Assembly: GCA_950097015.1 (NCBI GenBank)
Contig: CATNEN010000007.1
Location: 4,960,001-5,024,000, forward strand
Length of the DNA stretch: 64,000 bases
Origin: Macrostomum hystrix
Lineage: Eukaryota; Animalia; Platyhelminthes
Reading direction: 5' to 3'
Shown here: positions 18,508 through 30,400 of the stretch, piece after piece
Layout: each line of letters opens with the position of its first letter
Numbering within the stretch: the first letter of the stretch is position 1
Notes under the pieces: generated by a model
Told to the model about the DNA's origin: nothing
Databases searched by the model: none
What the model saw: the letters and a program-made list of their open reading frames with translations, nothing else
Made by a program: the position numbers and the translations under genes

Positions 18508-20559
18508 GCGCACTCGTGCCTAGGTCGTTGCTGCACTCAAAAGCCGCGCGTCATCTCTCCATTGGCTCTCTTCTGCTGGGTGGGGCAGGGGGCAGTGGTT
18601 TTCTTCTGCTGGGGGGACAGGGGAATTGTTTGTCTTCTGCTGTGGGCACGGGGCATTGTTTCTCTGCTGCTGGCTCTTCCATTGGTTCTCTTCTGCTGGG
18701 GGGGGGGCAGGGGGCAGTGGTTCTCTTCTGCTGGGGGGACAGGGGGCATTCGAGTTGTCTTCTGCTGTGGGCACGGGGCATTGGTTCTCTTCTGCTGGGG
18801 GGAGGGGGCATTGGTTCCCTTCTGCTGGGGGGGCATTGGTTCCCTTCTGCTGGGGGGGCATTGGTTCTCTTCTGCTGGGGTGTGCAGGGGGCATTGGTTC
18901 TCCGCTGTTGGGGGCAGGAGGCATTGGTTCTCCGCTGCTGGGAGACACTGGTTCTCTTCTGCTGGGGGCAGTGGGCATTGGTTCTCTTCTGCTTGGGGGC
19001 AGTGGGCATTGGTTCTCTTCTGCTGGGGGCAGTGGGCATTGGTTCTCTTCTGCTGGGGGCAGTGGGCATTGGTTCTCTTCTGCTTGGGGGGGGGCAGCGA
19101 GCATTGGTACTACCGTTTTGAGGGGAGAAAATGTTTTCTGCTGCTAGGAGGACATTGGTTTTTTTGCTGCTGGGGGCGCATATGTGGTAGTAAGAGTGCA
19201 ATTATAGCAATATTAGCATAAATGTGGTTAAAACACGCTTCATGAGGGTTTTGATTATATCATGAATTTTCGCTAAAATTGTTCGTTTAATTCCCTAGGC
19301 CTAAACTTAACTTAAGCAAGCGATGCTATATGAATCAGCTACCATTGACCAATTCATGGCAGTTCATTGCTCGCAAAAGTACTCGCAATAGATAAATGAA
19401 AGCAAGAAGCGGACAATTCTGAAGTATTAGTGTTTCTGGTTCAAGTGGGCCCATTCAGGCGCACTTATCCTGAAATAATGCCAAATACGTTGAACATGTT
19501 TAATCGAAGTCAAAAGGCGAAGCATTTCTTGATTTGATTTTTTCCAATAAAATTACTCGTAGAAATAAGTAAAAACAATTTTTTAACTTGCGCAAATAAC
19601 TGGCGTGTTAATTTCAATAATTGCAAATCAGTGGGCCGAATGTGCGCGAAAAACACGGAATAAGGATGTTTGTTAGCACCAAACTGACAATAAATTGATA
19701 TGTACCTTAATGGTAGATTGGCAGAAACTGGCACCAGCAGTAGTTACTCTGTAACTGGGAATATTGTCTTAAAAGAAATTTCGGACAATAAATCAATACG
19801 CACTCCATTAAAAAAATGGCTACGAGGCACTCGTAAAATCAAAGAAAGACTCATTGGCGATATATTCATTGCGGAAGAAAGCTACTCAACTTGCATTAGA
19901 AGGAAAAGTAATCTCGGAGATGGAAAGATAATTGAATATGATAAAATCTGGAATCATTAGTGCGATAGAAACCTAGATGCGGTGATTAGCAGCACAGTTT
20001 CTTATGAATAAATCAGACAAAATGAATAAGCTCTAAAACGACAACCAGCAATCACCAGAGCAATTGTATAGCAACAGGAAATCAGAAAGACGTCAAGTAG
20101 GACAAATAAACAGCGGAGTTGTCTATGGTCCAAAAAGAGGTGAAAAATATGATCAGGAGAATAAAAAAACATGCGATCAGATCTCAATAACGGCAGAAAC
20201 AAAAATTGTTGATCAGGTTAGCCCCTCCGTCTAACTAATTTTCTGGGAAATATTTCTGATCTCTACTGTAAAATTGTTCCAGGGGAGGGTGGCATCTCTG
20301 GACCAAGCACCAAGGTCCCAAATTGGAATCCGAAATTGTTTGAAATGCTCAATGCAATGACCTATTGGTCAGCTCCGCATCTAGACAGAATTTAATTGCT
20401 CGACGTTTTTAATAACGCAAGCTGGCACTTGCAAAATTCGAATTAGAATCAAATAAATACGCAAAATGACTACGATCAATTTCGTCATGACTCAATTAAT
20501 AATGGCTCGATTTAGCCGGATTCTAGCTATTCGATTTGCATAAAAAAATCTGCGTAAAG

Positions 20560-23399
20560 TCAAGAGCGCGGTGAGCAGGCGGGCTCTGTGGCGCTTCTAG
20601 AGTGGCTGGAGGCGGTGGCGGCGATTTGGCGTAGCTCGTAGAGCAGCCCATCCAGACTGCCCATGGTTTCGTCCAGGGTGCGTCGCCAGATGTCCAGCTG
20701 TTCGCGGCTGAACACGCCGCCGCCGGCGGAAGCGAAAGCGGAAGCCGAGGCGGCATTAAGGCAGGCGGCGCCGGCACTGAAAAGCAGTTGCGAAAAGTGT
20801 GAAAAATGAATTTTTACTTATTCAGATTGCACAAAATAGGTGCTAACCTGCGCTCGTTAACAGAATCAACTGACTGCAATTGAGCCAATGTGAAGTCCAG
20901 AGTTCGAAACCGCAGGTGCAAACTGAACAGACAGCCGAGCATGAGTAGGCAGCTGTAAATTGAGTTGTTTGTTAAGGAAGGTCATTAGGTCACCAAGGCA
21001 AAGTGAGTCTACACTGTTTGACAAAGAAAAATTATGGCGCCCCAAAACACATGCATACATGTGAATTTAGGTGTGTCTGCTCAGGGATCAGCGGAATCGG
21101 CAGAATCGCCTCACGCTGGTTGCGGGTCGACTGCCCCACTCATAAATAATCATGTTGTTAGCTTTGTTTTATTAGCTTTTAGTTCAACCTGTCAACGGTG
21201 TTTTTACAATTCTACAATTTTTAAGGTTATGAAGTCTAACCACTGGGCAGAAAATCCCTGTTCCTTTAAAAGAAGCAAAGGTCTGGAAAACTCAATCCCC
21301 ATTCCATCGAATTCCTGTGAATATATTTCCCCGTTACTCACGCCAGCAGCAAGCAGACCATCAGCGCCCGGTGGCCGCCGCTTGAACGCGACGATTGGTG
21401 CGCTGTGCGACGACTGCGACGGTTCGCAGCAGAAGCGTTCGCGGAGGCGACCGAGGCTCCACCCGTTGGCGAAGCTCCGGCGGCGGCAGCGGCAGCGGAA
21501 GAAGTCGAGAGTCGACGTCGACCGACGCTGTCCTGTCGCTTGGCGGCCGTGGAGGCTGGTGATTCCGTTGAAGCGCCGGACGATGGAGACTGAGCCGGCG
21601 TCCCGGCTGACGCTGAGGCGGGGGTTCTCGGCTTCAATGGCGAGCCGCCGCCATTGTCGCTGCCGCCGTCGTCATCGTTGATTGTCTCTCGACCGGCGGT
21701 CGGGTCAAGCAGCGTTTCCACCATGAGGCGAAAGTAGGTCTGCAGAGTAGTGAGTGGTGGAGCATGCGACATGGAAAGTCAAAGCCAATCTATTGGATTA
21801 TTACATTAGCAATTGGGAATGATGAATTCCCAAGAAGCACTTGTAAAGGAAGCTCTCACATTGACATACCTCAGTGGTTGTGGGTTGCATCACATCTGTA
21901 TTCAGGCCCCTCTATTCTCTGTCGCTAATTGTCCCGTCATTATTTTTCATTGGGAATACCTAAGATGGATTTTAGCAGTCCCTAACATTGAATTTAAGGG
22001 ACTCCCAAATGTGCTTCTATAGAAAAATGTAGAGCAATTTTTCTGGAAATCCTTCAAGTGAATTCCAAGGAATCCATAAAAGTATTAACTCACTAACCCC
22101 AGAATTTCTCAAATGAATTCCCCGGGTCACGGGAGTCTTTCAAAAGGCAAAGCAGTCTCACCTGACTTCCTTCCCGGACATTGGACTCAATGAATCCTTT
22201 GGCCAGGAACACGTGCCTAGTAAACACGGTGCGCGACGTAATTGTCAGGTGGCTGCGGCCGGGACCGCGCGAGGTCAGGCAGAGCCGATTTAGCGTGTGA
22301 AACGATGTGCCGTACGGAATATCTCTATTGTGCACCTCCGAGTCTATAATGTGCACTTTGCCCTGCTCGCACCACCTATCAGGTAAGAAATCAAAGAGCC
22401 GTGATCAACTGAAGTTTATTCAACAGTGGCCGAAATACATGGATAGTTAACAGTATGCGGCTCACGAAAAATAGCAGGAGGGCTGCAGGCAATGGCACAT
22501 TATTTGGTGACACTAGGCCCCCAGCCAGCAAGGAGGCAATTCTGCCCATTTCGCTGACTCCTGAGCACACACGCACACAGTTACTGTATGCAGACACACG
22601 CTTACACAGGTGTGTACATCTGTCCTGACTTTCTAATCGTCAGGCAGTGTACACTCACTGTGCCTTGGGCAAAATTGTACGACAAGCCCCAAAGCCTTCT
22701 CTTCGCGGCTGCGCCCCTAATAACCGTGGCCTCGTCGCGGAATCGAGCTCGGGGACTTTAGTGCTAGAGGCAAACGCTTTAACCGCTCTGCCAATTAACC
22801 CCCGCGGCTCACCGATAGGTCTGAGTCTCCTCAACCAGCGTCTGCTTTGGCCCGATGGCGTAGTTAATGCGCAACCAATAGCGAAGGCTGCGCCGATCGC
22901 CCGGCCGTCTGCCCTGAATACCGCCTCCGCCGCCGCTGCAGCCGTTTTCGTCGACAAAGTCGCCGGCCTCGATGCCAAATGTGCGACGACGTCTAAGGAA
23001 GTCGCGAAACCACGGCCCGTCGGTTAGCAGGCAGGTGGCCAGACGTTCAACGCCCATCGGCAGGTCGGCATCGGCCATCACGTGATCCAGGTGCTCGTGA
23101 CCATCGACTCGATCGCAGGTCGACGCCTCTTCAACCGGGGACGCGGCGGCATATTTGGGACCGTCGCCGCAGCCGAGGCCGGCCAGGTTGAACTCGGAGT
23201 GACGCTTTCGGTGCCCGCTGGCGTTGGTGACTGCCAGCAGCTGCGGCTCCGACTGCTGCTGCCGGTGATGCTGCTGCAGGGCGTGCTGAGGACCTTGGGG
23301 CGTTTGCAGCAGCTCAGCCGCCGCCGTCTGTTGGTGCTGTTCTGATGTCATGCCTTTCTGCGAATGGCTCCTTTGGGTGGCGGCCAGCCCTTCTGTCAG
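20560..23399 (-). CDS. VASt (StART-like) domain membrane protein, GRAMD1/Aster-like, 5 exons
   Basis: Phase-consistent exons 22813-23399, 22162-22375, 21342-21739, 20848-20952, 20560-20776; VASt motifs (TDGPWFRDFL, GPKQTLVEETQT, IIDSEVHNRDIPYGTSFHTLNR, KGFIESN); TM helix LMVCLLLACLLMLGCLF; terminal coiled-coil-like segment. Confidence 0.85.
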
Positions 23400-24133
23400 C
23401 TGCAAGGTCGATCGAATTGTAACCGGTGCATTTTTAAGTCGCTTTAAAACACTGTGGCACTTCAAAGGCGATGCTGAGTATTGGTAACATTGGAATAATT
23501 AGAAGATAAAAATTGTTAACTTAAAATGACTTTATTAACGCCGCTAGTCACTGTAAAGTTTTTTAGGGTATAACAAAGCATTCTTGTTTTAAACAATAAA
23601 CAGATAACTGTACACATGTGCATTGCTCAACAATGAGAAAGTCGAGGCAAAAACAGTGTGCTCACGGCCCCTGCTCTTGTATGTAAAAATGCAATAAAAT
23701 ATATAACAGATTAACTGTCACATAGGGCTCTAACTCACTCAACAATAACAGTGTCACTCAGCAAAGCGACAGCCATATTGAAAGGCATTTAAGCAACTAT
23801 TTTCAGTGTACTCGCTTTAACCCCAGCAATGAATTCTTAATGAACATGCATTTGACAGAAAAAATTCTAATGCAACAATAACAACACCAAAGTATTTTTG
23901 TTTAATTTAAATTCAACACCTTCAATTCAAATGCTTCAACATCACGAGCGTATAACTAGGTGATACGAGGGAAATTTATAGTACTACAACTGTAATAGGC
24001 GAATGCTTTTGTACTAGTATTGAATTCACCTTGAGATTTGTTTGATATTTTATAAAGAGGTAAAAATGCGGATTTATCTAAAAAGTGAACCAACAAGTTC
24101 AGGCAATGGCTTGCGAGTCAGAAGCCGGACCAG

Positions 24134-25063
24134 CTAGTCCAGCACTCGGCTGCACTCAACTACGCAGTCGCAGAGCAGGCTCAAGCCGTTGACGCACTCG
24201 GCTGCCATGGTGCTCTGCGCCAGCTCAACCAGGATCGAATGAGCTGCAGAGTCATCGGCTTCGGCGCAGCTTTCGTCGGATTTTGTGCGGCACGAGACGC
24301 TGAATATACCGACGGGCGAAAATGCGCGCAAGATCGCGTACAAACCGTCTGGATCGACGCTGCTGTTGACGGAGTCAGCGTCGGCGTCTCGCCGACGCGG
24401 CTGCCTGTCGCGCCGAAAGTCGCGATGGAAAGCGTCCAGAGCGGCGCGGCAGAGACCGGAGATGCGGAGCTGGCCAAAGTCCTCAGCGCTGGCGTCAGAG
24501 TGTACTTGAGCGACAGCCTCAACAATGACGGCATCGGAAGCATTGCGAGAGCTTTCCAACTGGGAGTTTTCCAGCTCCACGATCACGGTGTCCTCGACGC
24601 CGTCTATCGGGGATGGATTGTCGGCAAACTGCCAGTCGGCGTCGATTACGGCGTCGCTAGCGCTGGACGGTGATGAGGCTCTCGGTAAAGAAATTTCAAA
24701 CTGCCGAAGGCCGCGACCGCGACTAGACCGGCTTGTCAGTGTCGACGATTGCGACTTGGGCGATGGCGCTCTCGCTGCCGACGATAATGACGGGGTGGAT
24801 TGAACACCGGCATCCGGGTCTAGCGGATGCAGCTGCCGTATTTTGCGACCCCGGCCGCGGCAGCCCATGCGGGACAGCTCGGGTTTCGGGCTAGCGGCTG
24901 CTGACGGCGGCTCGCAGCTGTCAGCGAACACCAGACAGCAGTGACGGAATTCAGCCGGCAGTCGGAGGACAATGTCAGCCCGGCTGGGCAAATTCCGTAA
25001 CGCCTCGTCGGTGAAGTTTTCCCAGATCGGGATCGCCTTTTGGTGGCGATACATGGGAAGAAG
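24134..25063 (-). CDS. Hypothetical protein (~306 aa exon), possibly RRM-like at C-terminus
   Basis: GC-rich long ORF after an acceptor TTTTAG at 25064-25069; ..LYAILRAFSPVG..ILVELAQSTMAAECVNGL pattern is only weakly RRM-like. Confidence 0.55.
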   Translation of the reverse strand, partial: LLPMYRHQKAIPIWENFTDEALRNLPSRADIVLRLPAEFRHCCLVFADSCEPPSAAASPKPELSRMGCRGRGRKIRQLHPLDPDAGVQSTPSLSSAARAPSPKSQSSTLTSRSSRGRGLRQFEISLPRASSPSSASDAVIDADWQFADNPSPIDGVEDTVIVELENSQLESSRNASDAVIVEAVAQVHSDASAEDFGQLRISGLCRAALDAFHRDFRRDRQPRRRDADADSVNSSVDPDGLYAILRAFSPVGIFSVSCRTKSDESCAEADDSAAHSILVELAQSTMAAECVNGLSLLCDCVVECSRVLD

Positions 25064-26074
25064 CTAAAAATGTGACATTTTTCCACATGTTAAAAACTTT
25101 ATCAGAGCAAGCGGTAAAAGTGAATTTTAGCTTCTGGAATTTAGGTCAGAAATGTAATCTTAAAAGAACTTCAATCATTTTTTCTTTTACATCTCTCTCC
25201 TCCATTAGTTAAATCAGTTCATCCAGGTGTAAAATTGGTACCAGCATTAGCTGGGGTTGAAATTTATGTGGGCGTGGCGGCTCGTCTCGAGATTACGGAC
25301 TGAACAGCTGTACACAGCATTTGGCTGCACAGCTCATCCACCTGGGTAAGTGTTAAGTCTGTTTACAGTACGCTTGTAGCAACTGTATGAATCTGTCTTT
25401 TCAATGATGGATAGGTAAAATGTAGGCAATCATCTTATATATATACTCAGAAAGTAATTATACTCTTGATTAATTGTTAACATAGTTAAAGCAGCCTATG
25501 ATATTACAGCTAACTAAATATAGCTAAATATATATTTATGAAAATAAACAAGAATAAAAAACAATTTTCTCGGACAATATAAAATTATTTTGAACTTCAT
25601 TTACTCGTTTCGTTGATTGTATGCTACTTCTTAACGAAGTATTTAGCGCATCTGAGAGTTCTATAGCAATACTAATTAATTACAAGTACAGTACTATTTT
25701 TTCATAAATCTGGGTAGCTCATCCGCTGGCATTAAGGCTGCAAAATATGCAATAATGTGAAGCAACAAGCGTGCAAACACAGCTAAATAAATATAGAATG
25801 GAGTGTATTGTTGGTTCAGTTAAAAGAACAAGCATTTACTTATTTATATTACAGACAAATAAACATTGTAGAGTTGCCATAGATACAATACGCTCAATTT
25901 TAAAAGTCGCTTTCATGCTGTTTTATATCAGCACGAACAGAACAGAAGCTGTGACTGCTTTGGCTTCGACAAGCTTCGACATTTTTCCCATTGATTTTAC
26001 GCAATCCCACGATTTAACTTTAGGGTCAAACCCCTATGTAGCAGTTCTAACAGTGCTTGTCCATTGAATAATTG

Positions 26075-26350
26075 CTACTGCGGATGCTCCGGAGCAGCGG
26101 AAGACGTAGCAGCCGAGCCGAATGGATTGGCCCAGGAGCCCAGGATGCTGTGCAGCAGGCCGATGGAGTGCTGGATGACGGTGTGGTGTGGCACAAACAG
26201 CCAGCTTGTGTAGGCGGACATCAGCAGCAGGATCACAACTAGCGAGTTCAGAGCAGCCCGCTCGTATGGCTCCAGCATGTAGATTGAGGTTTCAACCAGG
26301 TACTTAAAGTAGATGCGGCTGAATATATTGGTTGGCTCATACTCCTTCAT
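26075..26350 (-). CDS. SPTSSA: Serine palmitoyltransferase small subunit (ssSPT/SPTSS-like), 91 aa
   Basis: YFKYLVETSIYMLEPYERAALNS...AYTSWLFVPHH matches the ssSPT signature (YQYLL.T.LYMLEPWER..FNS...YT.YVF.PQH). Confidence 0.85.
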   Translation of the reverse strand: MKEYEPTNIFSRIYFKYLVETSIYMLEPYERAALNSLVVILLLMSAYTSWLFVPHHTVIQHSIGLLHSILGSWANPFGSAATSSAAPEHPQ

Positions 26351-27467
26351 GTCTGCTGTTGTGCTGAAATTGTTTACCACACCATTTGTCAAATTTGAAA
26401 TAATCAGATACAATAATACAAGCAGGGGTGGTGAAGCCACTCTTTAGAAGCTTTTGGATTGGAAGCTAGAATATTGATTCCAAAAGTTTTTTTAACTATT
26501 TGGTGGACTATAACTGTTTGACTGTACAAGCTTGGCCCAGTTGTGAGAGGGGTCCAAAGTTCGGATCTCAGGTCAAAGGTGATCACTCAGGAGGCATGTA
26601 GTCAGACTGTGAAGGGCCATTGGGTTGAGTACTAAATGCATTAAAGTAAAAAATCTATATTGGACAGATAAAATTTGTTTTACTGCAGTATTAAAATGTA
26701 AACAGTACAATCTAACCAAAATGTGTTGTTTCTTAAAATTAATAGGCCCTAATAAAAATATGATGAAATTGTAACTTGAACATGTTTATCAGGCTTTAAA
26801 AACAAATGTGAGGAATTTCAACATGGTTCATCATAGGTATTTTACTTCATTACAAAAAGAATAGAAGGTAGTTTTTGTTTTCCAACATTAAATTTTAAAA
26901 CATTTTCTAAATTTTCTGTTTTTTGCTAGTATACCTGGTGGTCTTACCAAATTTTGCAAGAGCATTGTCCTACACAACCTAACACAAACCAAACACATTG
27001 TGGACTTATTGATAATGAGTCTATTGATATTGATATTGTATAACTCATGCCTAACATTGACAAAATGGTACAATGGAAAGCAAAACGAAACAAAACCAAC
27101 AGCCAGTTTTGAAAATTTCATGAGGCACTGTTTTTTTAAAGAAAAAACAACACTTAAAATTTTTTCTTATTATTGGACTAGTCAATATTCAGAATTTCCT
27201 TTTTGTCTTTTTTATTTACTGCTCTAAAAATAAAAAATAGTGAAAAAAGAGCATAAATAAAAACAATTGTTGAATCCCAAGCTTAATAAAGAAGACATTT
27301 TGAATGGTAGGAATAGAAAAATAATTTTATTATCTGCAGTAGCTACAATACATAGGTAATACAAATCAATAATTACAGAAGGATTGACTAGCAATTTAGG
27401 CCCCCCTTTGGGGACCTTAGCTTGAAGGCAACTTTACAATAATAAAACAGTATTTAGTAAGTCAATA

Positions 27468-30400
27468 GATATCAACTCTGAACTAAGATATCTATCGATT
27501 CTGAGCTTAACTTTCTATCGATTTTGAGCCTAAATATCTATCAACACTGAGCCTAGATGTCTACCCGTGCTGAGCCAAGATTTCTATCAATTCTAATCTT
27601 CGATATCTATCGATTCTTAGCTTAAAATTCTATAGATTTTTAAGCAATGAAGTTAGCTAGATATCTATCAAATCTAAAGTACGATATCTATCCATTCTGA
27701 GCGTAGATATCTACCAGTGCTGAGCCTAGATATCTATAAAAATGTTGAGCCTAGGAATCTATCAATTCTGAGCCTAGATAAATAACAATGCTGTGCCTAG
27801 TTATCTGTAAATATTTTGAGCCTAGATAACTATCAATGCTGAGCCTAGTTTTCTATCGATTCTGACCCTTGGAACCTATCAATTCTGAGCTTGGATATCT
27901 ATCAATGCTGAGCCTAGATATCTATCAATGTTGAGCCTAGATAACTATCAATGCTGAGCCTAGATAACTATCAATGCTGAGCCTAGATAACTATCAATGC
28001 TGAGCCTAGATAACTATCAATGCTGAGCCTAGATAACTATCAATGCTGTGCCTAGATAACTATCAATGCTGTGCCTATATAACTATCAATGCTGAGCCTA
28101 GATAACTATCAATGCTGAGCCAAGATAACTATCAATGCTGTGCCTAGATAACTATCAATGCTGAGCCTAGGTAACTATCAATGCTGAGCCTAGGTAACTA
28201 TCAATGCTGAGCCTAGGTAACTATCAATGCTAAGCCTAGGTAACTATCAATGCTGAGCCTAGGTAACTATCAATGCTGAGCCTAGGTAACTATCGATTCT
28301 GAACCATTGGAATCTATAGATTCTGAGCTTGGATATCAATCGATGCTGAGCCTAGATGTCCATAAAAATTTTGAGCTTAGATATTTATCGATTCTGAGCC
28401 TAGTAATCTATCCATTCTGGGCCTAGATAACTATCCATGCTGAGCTTTAATATCTATAGATTCTGAGCCTAGATAACTATCAATGCTGAGCCTAGGTAAC
28501 TATCAATGCTGAGCCTAGATATCTATAAAAATATTGAGCCTAGATAACTATCACGCTGAGCCTTAATATCTATAAAAATGTTGAGCCTAGATAACTATCA
28601 ATGCTGAGCCTAGATATCTATCAATGCTGAGCCTAGATAACTATCAATGCTGAGCCTAGATAACTATCAATGCTGAGCCTAGTTATCTATAAAAATGTTG
28701 ATCCTAGATATTTATCGATTCTGAGCCTAGTTAACTATCAATGCTGTGCCTAGATATCTATCAATGCTGAGCCTAGATAACTATCAATGCTGAGCCTAGA
28801 GAACTATCAATCCTAAGCCTAGATAACTATCAATGCTGAGCCTAGGTAACTATCAATGCTGAGCCTAGGTAACTATCAATGCTGAGCCTAGGTAACTATC
28901 AATGCTAAGCCTAGGTAACTATCAATGCTGAGCCTAGGTAACTATCAATGCTGAGCCTAGGTAACTATCAATGCTGAGCCTAGTTATCTATAAAAATGTT
29001 GAGCCTAGATAACTATCAATCCTAAGCCTAGATAACTATCAATCCTAAGCCTAGATAACCATCAATGTTGAGCCTAGATAACTATCAATGCTGAGCCTAG
29101 ATAACTATCAATGCTGTGCCTAGAGAACTATCAATCCTAAGCCTAGATAACTATCAATGCTGAGCCTAGATAGCTATCAATGCTGAGCCTAGGTAACTAT
29201 CAATGCTGAGCCTAGGTAACTATCAATGCTAAGCCTAGGTAACTATCAATGCTGAGCCTAGGTAACTATCAATGCTGAGCCTAGATATCTATAAAAATGT
29301 TGAGCCTAGATAACTATCACGCTGAGCCTTAATATCTATAAAAATGTTGAGCCTAGATATCTATCAATGCTGAGCCTAGATAACTATCAATGCTGAGCCT
29401 AGATAACTATCAATGCTGAGCCTAGATAGCTATCAATGCTGAGCCTAGATAACTATCAATGCTGAGCCTAGATAACTATCAATGCTGAGCCTAGTTATCT
29501 ATAAAAATGTTGAGCCTAGATAACTATCAATCCTAAGCCTAGATAACTATCAATCCTAAGCCTAGATAACTATCAATGTTGAGCCTAGATAACTATCAAT
29601 GCTGAGCCTAGGTAACTATCAATGCTGAGCCTAGTTATCTATAAAAATGTTGAGCCTAGATAACTATCAATCCTAAGCCTAGATAACTATCAATGCTGAG
29701 CCTAGTTTTCTATCGATTCTGACCCTTGGAACCTATCAATTCTGAGCTTGGATATCTATCAATGCTAAGCCTAGATATCTATCAATGCTGAGCCTAGATA
29801 TCTATCAATGTTGAGCCTAGATAACTATCAATGCTGAGCCTAGATAACTATCAATGTTGAGCCTAGATAACTATCAATGCTGAGCCTAGATATCTATCAA
29901 TGTTGAGCCTAGATAACTATCAATGCTGAGCCTAGATAACTATCTATGCTGAGCCTAGAAAACTATCAATGCTGAGCCTAGATAACTATCAATGCTGTGC
30001 CTAGATAACTATCAATGCTGTGCCTAGTTATCTATAAAAATGTTGAGCCTAGATAACTATCAATGCTGAGCCTAGTTTTCTATCAATTCTGAGCTTGGAT
30101 ATCTATCAATGCTGAGCCTAGATAACTATAAAAATGTTGAGCCTAGATACTATCAATGCTGAGCCTAGTTATCTATAAAAATGTTGAGCCTAGATAACTA
30201 TCAATGCTGAGCCTAGTTTTCTATCGATTCTGACCCTTGGAACCTATCAATTCTGAGCTTGGATATCTATCAATGCTGAGCCTAGATATCTATCAATGTT
30301 GAGCCTAGATAACTATCAATGCTAAGCCTAGATAACTATCAATGCTCAGCCTAGGTAACTATCAATGCTGAGCCTAGGTAACTATCAATGCTAAGCCTAG

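Larger units (their letters stand above)
17236..19170 (+). repeat. Degenerate G-rich minisatellite (~27-30 bp, CATTGGTTCTC(T)TCTGCTGGGGGCAG..GG) with ~0.85-1.05 kb higher-order units
   Basis: Repeating monomer; marker CTGCTGCTAGGAGGACATTGG recurs at ~17238, ~18291, ~19138. Confidence 0.9.

Noticed and set aside
17528-19221. Gly/Leu-rich and Pro-rich ORFs on both strands
   Set aside because: Translations of the minisatellite in several overlapping frames; no independent coding evidence.
19700-19960. 86-aa ORF in AT-rich DNA
   Set aside because: No motif, splice context or codon bias to support it.
21034-21681. 215-aa plus-strand ORF
   Set aside because: Antisense to a phase-validated exon of the VASt gene.
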